From positions 87,606,001 to 87,670,000 of the forward strand of contig OZ260662.1 of NCBI GenBank assembly GCA_965285935.1: a DNA stretch of 64,000 nt. Reading direction: 5' to 3'. How positions within the stretch are numbered: position 1 is the first letter of the stretch; each line of letters opens with the position of its first letter. Below, piece by piece: positions 42,407-55,114 of the stretch. Position numbers and translations under genes: made by a program. The stretch is from Ophelia neglecta (Eukaryota). Below the pieces are notes generated by a model that saw only the letters and a program-made list of their open reading frames with translations, did not search any database and was not told the origin of the DNA.

Positions 42407-45400
42407 ATGGCCGACAAAGGGAGGATGGAAATGGTTCTCCGAGGAGCAATGGACGATCTGCCCCCAGTTAACTCTCAAATGGTCCGTATCTTTACCAGCT
42501 CCACATTCACAGGTTGGTTATTGATTTTACAGGGTAATATTTAAATTACAGAAATAAATAAATAGTTTCTTTTGTTACTTGTTATAAAAGTTATTAAAAG
42601 TGGAATGTACATTCGAACGTTATGTTTAAATTTGCTTTTGTCTGGTTGACTATATACATGTATATGGGCCTATTGATAATTTCAGCCCGTCTGTTGACCT
42701 GTAGATCTAAACTTTCTTAATCATTCTGCCAACATATTCTCAAAAAACCTAGAACTGCAGAGCACTTCTTAGAGGCCCATCGTGCACATGTCAGGAATTG
42801 ATTCTAAGCTTTTCTTTTGTTGTATTACAGACACATATGAAGAGCGTAACATACTGATGAAGGAAGTCTACCCGAAGCTAAGGTCATATTGCAGACAAAA
42901 ATTTGGATTAGAATTCCAGGTAAAAAAAACTGATTTAATAACTCTTAATTTCTATTGGGCATATAAGGTTATAATTATAATTAAATTGATAGACACTACC
43001 CCGTGTACATGCTCCCTAAAACGTTTATACTATACACAAAGTCTTTCACAATGAAATTGAATAAAAACGTAATCATGCAAAGAAATCAAAGCCTAATTAT
43101 ATAATAGATAAGAAACACTTCATAGTCTCGGTCAGTCGTTCTTTTTGCTTATTGATTCCTTTTATTTAAGTCAGGTCAAACATTGAAAAGATAAACGGTA
43201 GCTCAACAGCTTTTATCATTGACTGGTTTAAAATGACCTGACATATTTACCTGTAGTGAGATATTAGGCCGTACCGTACCATGGGGCTTACATGATGCTT
43301 CTGATTAGTCGGTTATAATATAATAATCTTAGTGACAAGGAGAACGTTACGGTAGTTACACCTTAAGAGTATGTTTAGTGTGATTCATCGACATCTTTTT
43401 GCTCCTGCGCCGCCAATTTGTCGCAAACAGTGCGCAGCAATTTTTTTTTTCAGCATTTACAAATGTCAACTACTAGTATGCAAAAAAAATATAATCTAAC
43501 ATCACACTAGGACAATGATTATCGATTTCCTACCTGCAATAACATAGAGCTTTGCGTGTGTTCAAAGAAATGTGCAAATGATGTTGATCTTGCACGAGGG
43601 GCGGTTAACTATTTAGCGGGGACCATCAGTCACCCGGTGGCCGAAACGTGCCTAACAATCTACTGGAACGGCCACAAGTTAATAATTTCGGCGTTGTGTT
43701 TTCATGAAGCCCAGTCATTAATTTTTATTACGGGTCCTAATTCCCTTGTCCCACTCACGTCTTTTTTCTCCTTCCATCCTGAATGAATGCGCCCCCTGCC
43801 GCCCTGAAGTTATCGGTTGCCATTGACCTTACTACCTTGCCGTTATTGAAAATCAGCCTTCAACTAAGCAACTAACTCGTATTTATCCAGAGAATGTGTT
43901 CAGTCACAGTTCACTCTGTGAATATTAGCCTCGTGCTTGGCATGATATAGCTGTGAACTTTAGTGTTTTAATGCCCAGAAGAACACTCCTTTTAGTCCAG
44001 CGGATAAGTGCACTTTTAGGTGGAAAAGTGCACCTTTTGCTAAAAACATGAAATCTGGCAAACAGGTAGGATAGACCACCCTCTACAAATTTGGATAGGG
44101 AGACCTTTGAAAAAGTCCATGGTCTTCTTGTGTCCATGGCAACCATTTGCATTCAATGAAAACCTTAAAATCAATTGTCTCAGGCAATACTGTTGGTACA
44201 TATTGAATTTCTGAGTGTACATATATGTTTTGTTCAGTAGGCTTAAATTAAGATAGTTAATGTTATGATGCAGAGACCCGTTACCATGGTAACCATTACA
44301 AAACATAGTTTTAATGACAGTTTATTTGGCAAAATAGCCGATAAAGCGTACCAAGACCACACAATTATTGTATTTTGTGTTATTTATTTAATATTTTGAA
44401 ACATGTCTTCGAGAATATATAACTTATACACGATCGTGAATATTGTGAATGATACCATGGCAACGTTTATTAAATGCACAAACTGGTCAAAACCTTAGAT
44501 ATCAAGAGAACATGGAAGTGGCCAAACTGCAAAAGAGGCTTAGAATTTCAAGCGGCCCCTACCAAGGGTATAACTAATCATATCTGATATTTTTCTATTC
44601 CCACACATGTCCTCCATCTGGAAAATAGGGTTGTGCTCAGAAACATTATTTCATTATACAGATGTTGTTTGGTTTCCATGGTAACCCAACCAAATTTCAG
44701 CATTTTCAAATAAACTCAATTTTGATCATGACATGCTTAGTTTTTAAGAAACAAAGTTGTAATTGGTACCCAATTTAATGGTTATCACCTCATTTGCATA
44801 TTTGGTTATGCATAAATTGTGCTGATTTATTCGCCAAAATATCCTTTTTGGAAATTCACACACATTCCATGAAGAAACTATTTACCACGTGTGCTGTTTA
44901 AACTTTGACCTATATCCCAAGCAGTTTAGATGGTCACGAAAACCCTGGTTTGACAGCAATGTGTGGTCATAATGATAATAAAAAGGTCAGAGGACATAAG
45001 CTTCCGCCTGTAAAGTACATGCTCAGGCCAATCCTTAAACCCAGTTTTAGACCTACTTGTAACTAATGTACCTGGTCCAATTCGAAACCCATCTTCTACA
45101 GTAATCTTGTGAAACATATTGTGGACTTTTGTCTAAGTCTTATTACCACTTTATTAACTTCGCCTTCATTGGTTTGGTATTTGTTCCTATTCCTTTTGTG
45201 GACGTCAAACTCTCAAAAGGAATTACAACAGGAGCAGATATAAAAGCATCCAAACGTATACATGCTTGCTGCTATAATTTGTCTATAGACCTATTTGGTA
45301 CTAAAAAAAACATTGTAATCCTGCATTTCAACAAATTGCCAGATTAATGTTCCCCATTAATGTCAGCTATTCGATCAAATGCTATCATGCCATTGTATTG

Positions 45401-48400
45401 TTCAAGTAATTTGCTAACATGTCAACTGTAGGCCCTCTTGTACATCTACTAGCGGCATCTGGACTGCGGTTAGGCCTTGTATTGGTTGAAGTCACTATCT
45501 TATGCTTTCTTTGTGTTCATATATCATATCTCTCCATTCGCTTCCTGCATGTAGGTTGTAGACATGAGATGGGGAGTCCGAGACGAGCACACTGATGACC
45601 ACCTCACGTCTGCCCTGTGCCTGGAGGAGATCAGGAACTGTCAACGTCTGTCCGTAGGACCCAACTTCGTGGTACGATGACAATGGATATCAGCATTTAA
45701 TTTTAAGACGCCATATTTTTATTATTGATTAAGATAATTTTAAAAGTGCTATTTACCTGAAATCTACTGATACTATGACAGAAACCATTTTAATTTCGAC
45801 CCCTTTGATAAAAATTCAACCAACTATCTAACATCAGAGCAGTAATTTGAAAGCTAGCCAGCGCCACTGCGTGTAACACTTGATATGGTTCCACAAGAGA
45901 CACACTTAGCCCCAAGGCGTGAAAAACGTCCTTTCCTTCATGAAAGGCTGAATTCATGTAGAACTCCGCTTTTTATACACCCAACATTTGTTTGATTGAA
46001 GATCACTCAAACTAGTAAATGTAAGCTTTAATACTTTGACTTTTGCAGACGTTCCTGGGTCAAAGGTATGGATCTCGCCCATTCTCGGCCACTATCGACT
46101 GTCAGGAGTTTGAGGGTCTGTTGAAAGCTTTGGAGCAGTGCGGCAGAGATAAGACCACTCTAAGTGAATGGTATCTACGCGACGACAATTCTATCCCTCC
46201 TGTATACGTTCTACAGGCTATTAGCTCTAAGTTACCAGGCTTTATTAGCAAAGTAAGTGGCTATTAATGCATGTAAAACTATAGAAATTATGTAACTCAG
46301 TGATCTCGTTTCCATGTTACTGAAACATACATTTACGCGAAAACATTGGGCGAGATGTTTCACTGAATGCACCTGTCGAAGTCACATTCTTATTTAGCAA
46401 AATTCCCTACTAAGTTGGAAAAGCTTGGCCCTTTCCTGACTATCTACGCACGGAATTGCAGGCGAAGTTAATTGGTTAAACTTTTGCTATGTTTCCTGAC
46501 ACTATCCTTGATCTCACTAAAGCTTGATTGTGTGGATTCAGGCGCAGATGGTTACCATACTCATCATGAGTGGGACACGCTTTTCAGCAACACAACATGT
46601 TAAGATCATGCAGCAGGTGAACATCTGACTGACGAGGCTAATTCAAACACTGTGAATAAATCTATTGCCCAAACCAATAAAGCTATTTACCCATTCATGT
46701 ACTTACTTGGGTCTAATTCCCACACTGCTGACCTATGCTTATGCTCTCGTAATGTACGGCAGCACACTCTTCAACGCCATACACGAGAAGGTTAGACGCC
46801 AATGACGAAGGTGTAGGTCACGGATAGGTTATTTTACCATATTTGGGCAGCATACTCATGGCAAACGGATGGTGATATCAATACCTAATTATCAGGTCGT
46901 GTCACCCATAAAAGCGTTAATGCCCTGCTCGATTCCGAGATATTATTCCGCTTTTTTTCTCTGATTCTCGGAAGCAGCATGTTCCGTAATGTAGTATTGT
47001 TGTTTATGAAAGGGCACATGGCTCAGTTCAATTATGTCAATTGATTCGGCAACATATTTACACTGTTCCTTCTATTGCCATAGTTCGTGTTTGTTATACT
47101 TTTTTCTATTACCTTTGTATCACTTCTGCGACAGCGAAATTTACAAGCCTCAATATAATATAAGTAAAATGTGCCCCATTTCACAGATGGAATTACTTAC
47201 GTCTGGTTGTTGCGTGAACATTTATAATCCTGGATAGTCCAAGCGATTCGGAATAAACCCAATGGAGACCAGGTCTAGCAAAGATAGCCATAATATAATT
47301 GTCGTCTTCTTTTTGTCTTTACTTGGAAGGATGATAAGAAGAGACAACAAGCGAGGGAAGAATGGAACAGAATAGCCATCGATCTAAAATCAGTTTTACG
47401 AGACGCCAGTATACAGGCCATCAAAATGGGGCTGATTGATACCACAGCTCAGAAAAAGTATTTGATTTCAGGTAAACTTGGCTTAAACAAGTTTCAATAA
47501 AACAATTTGATTTGTTTTGGACTTTAACATGCTAGGGCAAATTTCATGATAAAACTTTTCGTCCTTCCCTTAATTCGTCTAAAAATCTTTCGGACTCTCT
47601 TTTTGTTTTTCAATCTACTGCAATGAGTTTACGAATGATCATGAACATAGCAATTAAAATGCACATGTTTAAATTATAAGCTCCCTGAAGAGTCAGTGTT
47701 TTAATGGCACCACTTATCGTCTTCCGTAATCTTGCAGTGACTGAAGACGAGATAAATTGTGGGTTACAGCAGCCGTCAGGAAACCCAAGTCAGCATTGTC
47801 TATGTTTTGTAAGGATCATCGAAGACATAGCTGATCATTTAGACCATCACCTCGCCTGGCGGTTTATCGACGTCAAATCTGAGGGAGACATCGATACAGA
47901 GGCCAAGGAGATGTTGTCCCAACTGAGAGAACAGAAAGTCATCGCTGCTCTCAACAGGCTGAATGTCTTCAGGTGGGGCATTCGGACCTTTTATTATAAA
48001 TTGACTGTATATATGTCATTTCGCACATTCTAATTTGATTGCAATAATTGATTGAGAGCCTTTTTCTTCATAGATATATACATATATAGTCCATGTCTCA
48101 TGCTTATGTGTCCGTCATATTAACTCCTATGTTAAGAGCTGGTAATTAGTGTTTGTGGCCCTGAAGCTGAGAGTACATGATGATTTTCTACCAATTAATT
48201 GAACAATTCTTGATAATTAATTTTGCTATGTCTGTCGGGTATTTCCTCTAGTTTTTTTACCACGCTTTTGCTGGATGATTGTAACAATGTCAGGATATCA
48301 TCATAGATCCTCGATCAGCTGGGACAATGTGACCGGCGTCAACCAAAAGACACATGCAAAGTATCTAAAAGAGATGGCCAACAAATTTTACGATAGCATC

Positions 48401-51400
48401 TCTTTCATGGTGGAAAAAGCTATCATGGACGAGAGAGTCCTAAGAGAGAACCCGCTCTATATGGAAGTCATACAGGTACAAAACTTGCCTCTCTCGAATA
48501 ATGCTCATGTGTTGGACAATAAGCTACAATCATAGTCACGTGTCCAGATCTTTCAGACAATAAAACGCCAATATTCATATAAAGTACATTTCTACCAGTA
48601 ATAATCATTATCCACTTTAACTTCATATTTTAGCATCTGCATATGGCCAGAGAAAGAGTTGATTTGTTCCATGGACGCCAGAAATTGCTGGAGAAAGTGA
48701 AAGCCCGTCTTACAGCTGAAGAAGGGCCAAGTGGTAGACAAGTGGTGGTCTTAAACGGGCCCTCTGGTTGTGGAAAAACCTCCATCATGGCAGTGGTAGC
48801 TCACCGGGTCAGTACCAACCCATTCCACGATTCTCGAAACAGTCCTTTCCATCCCTATATTCTCTAGACTATATAAAAAAATTGAAGAGTTTGTAAAACT
48901 TTACCCAATAGAAATATTGCATATTCATGTCGGTTTAGTAAATGCAAGTTATAAAAGTGTAAGTCGTCAACTTTGTATTTTTGTTTGACTTTTTACTAAA
49001 AGCTCTGTTCGGTTACTTCATAGATTCGGCAATGGATACCAAACGGTGACAAAGCGGTAGTGATCTTGCGATTTCTCGGTACCACGCCACAGAGCACTAG
49101 GATAGACAATAACCTCATCAGTGTATGTGACCAAATTGGGCGATACTACCACAAAAAAGATTTCAAACCTGAAGCCGACCTTAGTGCCATTACAAACCAG
49201 TTCAAAGAGATGATCAAGAGTGGTACGAAATCAAAACCACTAGTGTTAGTTCTAGACAGCCTTGACCAGTTATCTTCCGCCAACTACGCCCATAAACTGG
49301 GTTGGTTGCCTCGTCAGATACCGAAAAACTGTTACTTTGTCGTTTCGACTTTACCGGAACATTTTGGGATATTGGACATCGTAAGCAGTCGTATAGACGA
49401 TGACAATTTGATTGAAATTTCATTGTTAGGCGAAAATTTGAGTCAAGAAATTATATGTGCTTGGCTTGACAGTAAGCATAGAACCTTGTCCAATGCTCAA
49501 AATCAAGTCGTCCAGGATGCATTCAAACAGTGCACTTTGCCTCTGTATGTTAAACTGGTTTATGAACAAGTCCTTGAGTGGAAGTCTTATTATCCTGCAG
49601 ATAAGACAATACTCAGTCACACCGTTCGCTCAGTGATAAACGACTTGTTCGAGAGAGTGGAAAAGAAACACGGTTCCCTTCTCGTCTGTCGTACTTTGGG
49701 CTACCTCACTGCATCAAAAAGTGGTCTCACTGAAAGTGAACTTGAGGATCTCCTCTCGCTAGATGATGAAGTCCTTACGTACGTTTTCCAGTACCATGTG
49801 CCCCCAACCAGGAGGCTTCCTCCAAGTTTGTTGGTAAGGATCAAACATGATATCGCATCTTATCTGGTGACTAGGGAGGCTGACATGTCCAGGGTGGTAT
49901 ATTGGTATCATCGACAGTTTATTGAAGCTGCTCGAGAACGTTATGTCAAGAGTTGCCCAATTCTTCACACAAACATGGCCGACTATTTCATGGGAATCTG
50001 GCATAACAAGGAGAAACCATTTGAGTACACGAATGCTCAAATGTCAAAATTCAAGCTGGACAGTTCTGCGGGTAAAGCCGACCGCCTTGTTGCTGCTCAA
50101 CCCCTTATATACTCCGAGGAGGGGCCCATACAATACAACCTCAGGAAAATGAATAATCTACCTTATCACTTGGCTAACTCAAAAAATGCCTTTACATTGT
50201 TCAAAGATACATGCTTGTTTAATTACGACTGGTTGTACAGCAAATTGAAAGCCACATCAGTCCAAGCTGTGTTGGATGACCTTTATATGGTGCTCGAAGA
50301 TGATATAGAATGTAACCTGCTCAGACACGTGTTGAGTCTCTCCAGATCCACATTAAAGGATCACCTGGATACCCTGCCGGTGGAGATCATCGGCCGTCTC
50401 AAACCCTACGCGGTCATGTATCATCCATTTATAACCAAACTGGTGGACGAGTGCTACCGCCATGGAGCTGAACACAACGCTCTACTCCCGAGACAACAGT
50501 GTTATCTGGCCACGGGTGGGTGTATGAAATACGTCTTGGAACACCACGATCATCCACCCACAGTCAAATCGGTGGTTTTGTCTTCCGATGATACAAGTCT
50601 TTATGTTTTGTCTGTTAATGGATCTCTTCTCATGTGGGACTTGGAACAAGGGGAAATAGAGAGGGATATTCAAATATGGCCTCGGGATGATCCCATCAGA
50701 TTTAATGTAATCGGAACGAATGAAAACAGAACAAAGATCGTGATTGGTGCCGCGTTTCATACTGATAAAAACCCTATAATCGTACTAGATAGTGTGCGAG
50801 GCGAAGTCACCGACACTGTCTGTCTCGAAAAGGTCTACAAGAATGTAGGTTTTGTTGATAGTTTCCGGCTGTATGTACTGGATGAAGATAACCTACTCGT
50901 AGTGGTTGATAGAAAGGCAGTGGATCGTTTTCAACTAAGCAAAGGGAAACTTGTATATTCATTTGAGATATTACCAACAGTATCTCTGGTATCACTTAAA
51001 AACCAGAGGGCAGTGTTTGGGCAGAAAGATTCAACAAAAATAGCCATATGTGACCTCGAATTAAATTGTGTGCTGACAAATGTCGATGTCGAAGGCACAC
51101 CTGAGTATATTGCTATGAATGCTGGTGTTTCTTCATTATTTATTTCGAAATCCAAACAAACAACAATAAGCTGCATAGACATTGAATCCAAAACTGCAAA
51201 ACTGGGCGACACAATTGAAATTCCAGCTTTGAAGTTTCAGGTTATAAAAGGAATCAGCTTGTCCCCAATGAACACTTACCTTATCATCAAAGCTCAGACA
51301 TCCGTGTTATTATGGGATGTAGGAAAATGTCGAATCAAACATCAACTTGATATGCCAAGTCATGTTGTTCCGGGACGCCAGAAGGTTCCAGTGTTTTCAG

Positions 51401-52854
51401 TTCAGATGACCACCAATGAGCACCAGCTTGTTGTTGCATACAACCAGCATTTGTTAGTTTGGAACGTGGTCACTGGCACTGTTATCAGGATAGTAGATAC
51501 ATTTAGAAAGTTAGACGATCTCCTTCTCAACTTCAACTCAGATATAGCAATCACAACATTCCTGAGAAATCGAATGATTAGCGTATGGGACCTTCACAAC
51601 TTGGAAGAGGAGACTCACACTCCTCTGAGTCTCGAATCAGGCTGCAGATACATGGCATTGGCTTCCAAAGCAACATCAATGGTGGTCAGAGGATATAACT
51701 CCACCGAGTGTCGGGTGGTGTCTCTCAGCCAGGGGTGTATCCTGCAGAAACCAGAAGAAGACATTGAAACTATGGCTCCATCAATCAGTGCCGATGGCTC
51801 GGTGTTTGCCATGCATGATCCTGGCGTCCATCAAGAACTTGGGCCAAATCAAACATCTATGATTGCCTGCAACAGTAGTTCGGGGTTCATACTGGCGCGA
51901 ATAGGAGTGAGTAGTCTTTATCTCAAAAATTACACATTGAGTCAGAACGGCAATATAATCATAACTCACTCGGAAAGTTCTCCCAAAGAGGATGTCCATC
52001 TAGTGACTTGGAACACACAGGGAGGCACCCTTCTTAAAGAAATTCCAGTTGAGAAAGGAGGTATTGGATACATGTTTACCGCTGATGACGATACTTTGTT
52101 GGTTGCTCAACATCAGTATCCACTTATAGACGATGGACGCCAATGTTCAATAGCAGTTTATGAACTTGAGACAACCTTACAACTTTACACCATACATCAT
52201 GTTTTGAAGGATAGCTTGCATGTTACACCTGGCTCAAAAACAATAGTTTATATAAAAACTGGTGATGATCCAAGTAAAGATATGATGATAGTTCAGGATA
52301 TTAGAAGTCAGAAGGTGCTGAAAGAGATTGAAAATATACCTGTAGGTAGGTTACATTTCTGCTCCAATGCCAGTAGAGCAGTGGACACGGAAATCAAGCT
52401 GTTCGATTTGCAAACTGGAAACATACTATCCCAATTCACTGATCCCATTGAAAAGCTCATCACCAAGAATCGCCAGTGTTGGCCAAAGATTTCTTCTGAC
52501 GGACAACATGTAGTGTATCTTGTTCTTAGGAAAGCCATGGTGCAAGTCGGCCATGTTGACTCAGGGCAATTGGTAGGAAAATGTTTTGTGCATGCAATGC
52601 CCCTGTCTCTTGAATTGAGCTCTAACAACATAGTAGCTATTGGGGCTGATGATGGTAGAATAATGTTAATGGAGATTGTAGATATACAACATGTTAAAGA
52701 AAAAGATAAAACTCAATTAATGAGTTCTTTAGGAAATCTGGTTACGTTTAAGCCAATTCCTTCTCGGATAGGGGACTATCCAATATCTAGAGGCAATTTG
52801 AACCTTAGACAAGCAATATCGTACCAATCGTCGACATGTTGCAGCCTGTTGTAA
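42407..52854 (+). CDS. NWD2: NACHT and WD repeat domain-containing protein (NWD1/NWD2 family), 9 coding exons, ~1688 aa
   Basis: Hand-spliced exons, all GT-AG with compatible phases: 42407-42512 (MADKGRMEMVLRGAMDDLPPVNSQMVRIFTSSTFT), 42831-42919 (DTYEERNILMKEVYPKLRSYCRQKFGLEFQ), 45555-45671 (VVDMRWGVRDEHTDDHLTSALCLEEIRNCQRLSVGPNFV), 46049-46252 (TFLGQRYGSRP...WYLRDDNSIPPVYVLQAISS), 47330-47471, 47738-47972, 48307-48475, 48634-48807 (Walker A GPSGCGKT) and 49024-52854 (Walker B LVLVLDSLDQL, GLTESELEDLLSLDD, WYHRQF, YNLRK, WD-like repeats). Total 5067 nt, open throughout. These motifs are characteristic of NWD1/NWD2. Orthology to NWD2 rather than NWD1 is not resolved. Confidence 0.93.
43991..44881. 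mobile_element. ~0.9-kb insertion in NWD intron 2 (probable non-autonomous DNA element)
   Basis: The paralogous pseudogene joins the homologue of ~43980 directly to the homologue of ~44884 (at 56081-56105), i.e. an empty site. The insert carries repeated ccatgg[ct]aac motifs. No clear TIRs seen. Confidence 0.6.
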
Positions 52855-55071
52855 AATGTGTCTGTTTATTAAATATAGGTGACCACGTTGTTGTCGGTTG
52901 TTGGAGGATTTTTGAAATTACTCTATAATATTTACTAACGAAATCATTTAGGCGGAGAACATTTCGGCAGGTGGCACATTTTTCGAGTACTTGGGATTTG
53001 ACATCCACCTTGACCACAAACAGCCACTCTGCCCTATGGTATGAGAAGGTAGTTACGAATGTTTTGCACATACCTTTCATGTATATGACCAACTCAATTT
53101 GACAAATGAAAGACTATGTATTATAGAAACTAAGAACCATAATTTTTATGTCGATTTCGGAAATGCGTGTTCAGAGGCTTTCATAAAATAAGTAAATATT
53201 TAGCTGAAAGATCGATTTTTTTACTTGTACTGTTAGTAATGTATACAGTATAACATAATACCATTTCTTGGTATTCCACTGCATGAAATGTTTGCAGATT
53301 AAAAAGGATTTCCAAACTTTCAATCTATTAAAATTTTACGGTTTGACAATTGATCTTTGATTATATATCCAAATTCAGTTGCACACGGCTTGTTTACAAC
53401 TTAATCGGGCTCTTGAAGCACGCTAAACCATCCGAGTTTGCGATTTTGCGGTGCCGTATGGTCGGCCTTTCTTTATTAACACTACACTGACGTGTATTAA
53501 TACTGGGTAGTAAACTATATTTTTTGAATCTCCGCCTACTAGGTTCTTCGTCATTCAAAGTCCAGTCAAATTATGAATTAATTAAATGATTATTGTTGAT
53601 ACATACTGATCTGTTTAGCAAACTGATAATGTTAACCTATTCCATTATTTTAAATTAATAATTTACATAACCAATAACGGGTCTTATCAACGTCATCAAA
53701 CGGAAGTGAATACCAGGAACAAAAGGTACCAGGTATATTAATTCGGTCAGAAAATATCGGAAACTAGCCGCTCGCATACACCAAGCCCAAGCTTCCAAAC
53801 ATATTAAACGCACATGAAAAGATAAATAAAAAAATAAAAAGATCCACAGATTGATAGTGTCAGAAATGTCGCTAGCTTAGCCAAGAAAATGTGAATAATA
53901 TCAACGAATTCAGGTAGTAAAGTAATTCAATAATATATATTTGGGGGGGGGGGGGGATGATACATGCAGATCATTCTTCAATACGCAATTGTACGACCTT
54001 TTATCGGATTAGTCTGTCTGGATTCCAAATGACGAGAGTGTCAAGCACAGGTGTGTTGATCATGGAATGCGCGGAGGTGTTATGACAATAAATTAGAACC
54101 AGCGGTGTCGAGATCAAGAAATAAGTTACACATTGGCTTGTGCTATATATAATAATCCAGTCTCACGATGATGTCTGAAGTTTGTGGAGAACAGAAGGCA
54201 TTGACGGAGGCACCTATAACTAAATTTACATGGTTGCCCTCCGTTAACCCAGATGTCCATTAGGCTAAGTAAGGACCACGCGGGGCCACGCCGCTGGCTA
54301 AAAGAGAAAGTAGTCACACAAAGGCGTGTGTAATTTCATTTTAGTTTGGACTACATAGATATGGACTTATTAAATACTATAAATAACATCTTTATCATGA
54401 GAAGGCACTTCGTCCTTTTGTTCTTCTGACCAGCAATTAAAATTCAACATCTTGAAGCAACATGAAATTTCCAAACTGTTCAACAAAAAGCAATTGGTTT
54501 CGCACTAAACCAACTTTTAAACTAGATTCGGTCGATTTTGTCTTTTAAACTTATATCAAAACTGTAACATAAGGTTATACTTTCAGTTAAAATGCGAGAT
54601 GGTGTTGGCCAATTTTCGACATTGAAAGAGTTTGAGTTTCTCGTGCATTAACGGGGAGAGTAACACAAAGCTGTGGACTAGATATTTAAGTACTCTGTTT
54701 TATACATCAGTTGGCGGGTGAATAAATTCCTTTATTTTGACTAATTATACTATTTCGTTTATGATTATCGTCAGACAAAATGTAAGGAGGTGAACCATTT
54801 AAACATTTACTAAAATATATACATGTAATCTGATTTTTCTCTCAATGAGAAGACCAAAATGGCTAAAAGGAGGCCCGATGCGCTATGCTGTCTATCGAAA
54901 TCATCATTTAATAGAGAGCTAGGTCAAGCCGCAAATGTACATCGTTTACAGTAAATCAGATTTTATGTTCACGTAACGCTTCCGACAAGGGTACACTGGA
55001 ATATAGATACTAAGCGAGTAACTGTTATTAAATTGAGGTATTGCAGGCTAAGCAATGATTATGCTGCACAA

Positions 55072-55114
55072 TTCAAAATATCTTAATCTCTCGGAGAGAT
55101 TAAGATATTTTGAA
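55072..55114. repeat. Perfect 21-bp inverted repeat with 1-nt spacer
   Basis: ttcaaaatatcttaatctctc-g-gagagattaagatattttgaa. Confidence 0.92.

Noticed and set aside
50500-52680. HET-E-like, highly similar hypervariable WD40 repeat array
   Set aside because: The WD repeats are highly divergent from each other, with no nucleotide-level tandem repetition.
49060-52854. The 1264-aa ORF as a stand-alone (or bacterial/HGT) gene
   Set aside because: Its start is a GTG within an exon whose acceptor is at 49022-49023. Walker A and the N-terminus are on upstream spliced exons.
42407-52854. TEP1 (telomerase/vault protein, also DUF4062-NACHT-WD40)
   Set aside because: No TROVE/vWA exons were found upstream, an ATG lies just before the DUF4062-like motif, and the motifs and length fit NWD1/2.
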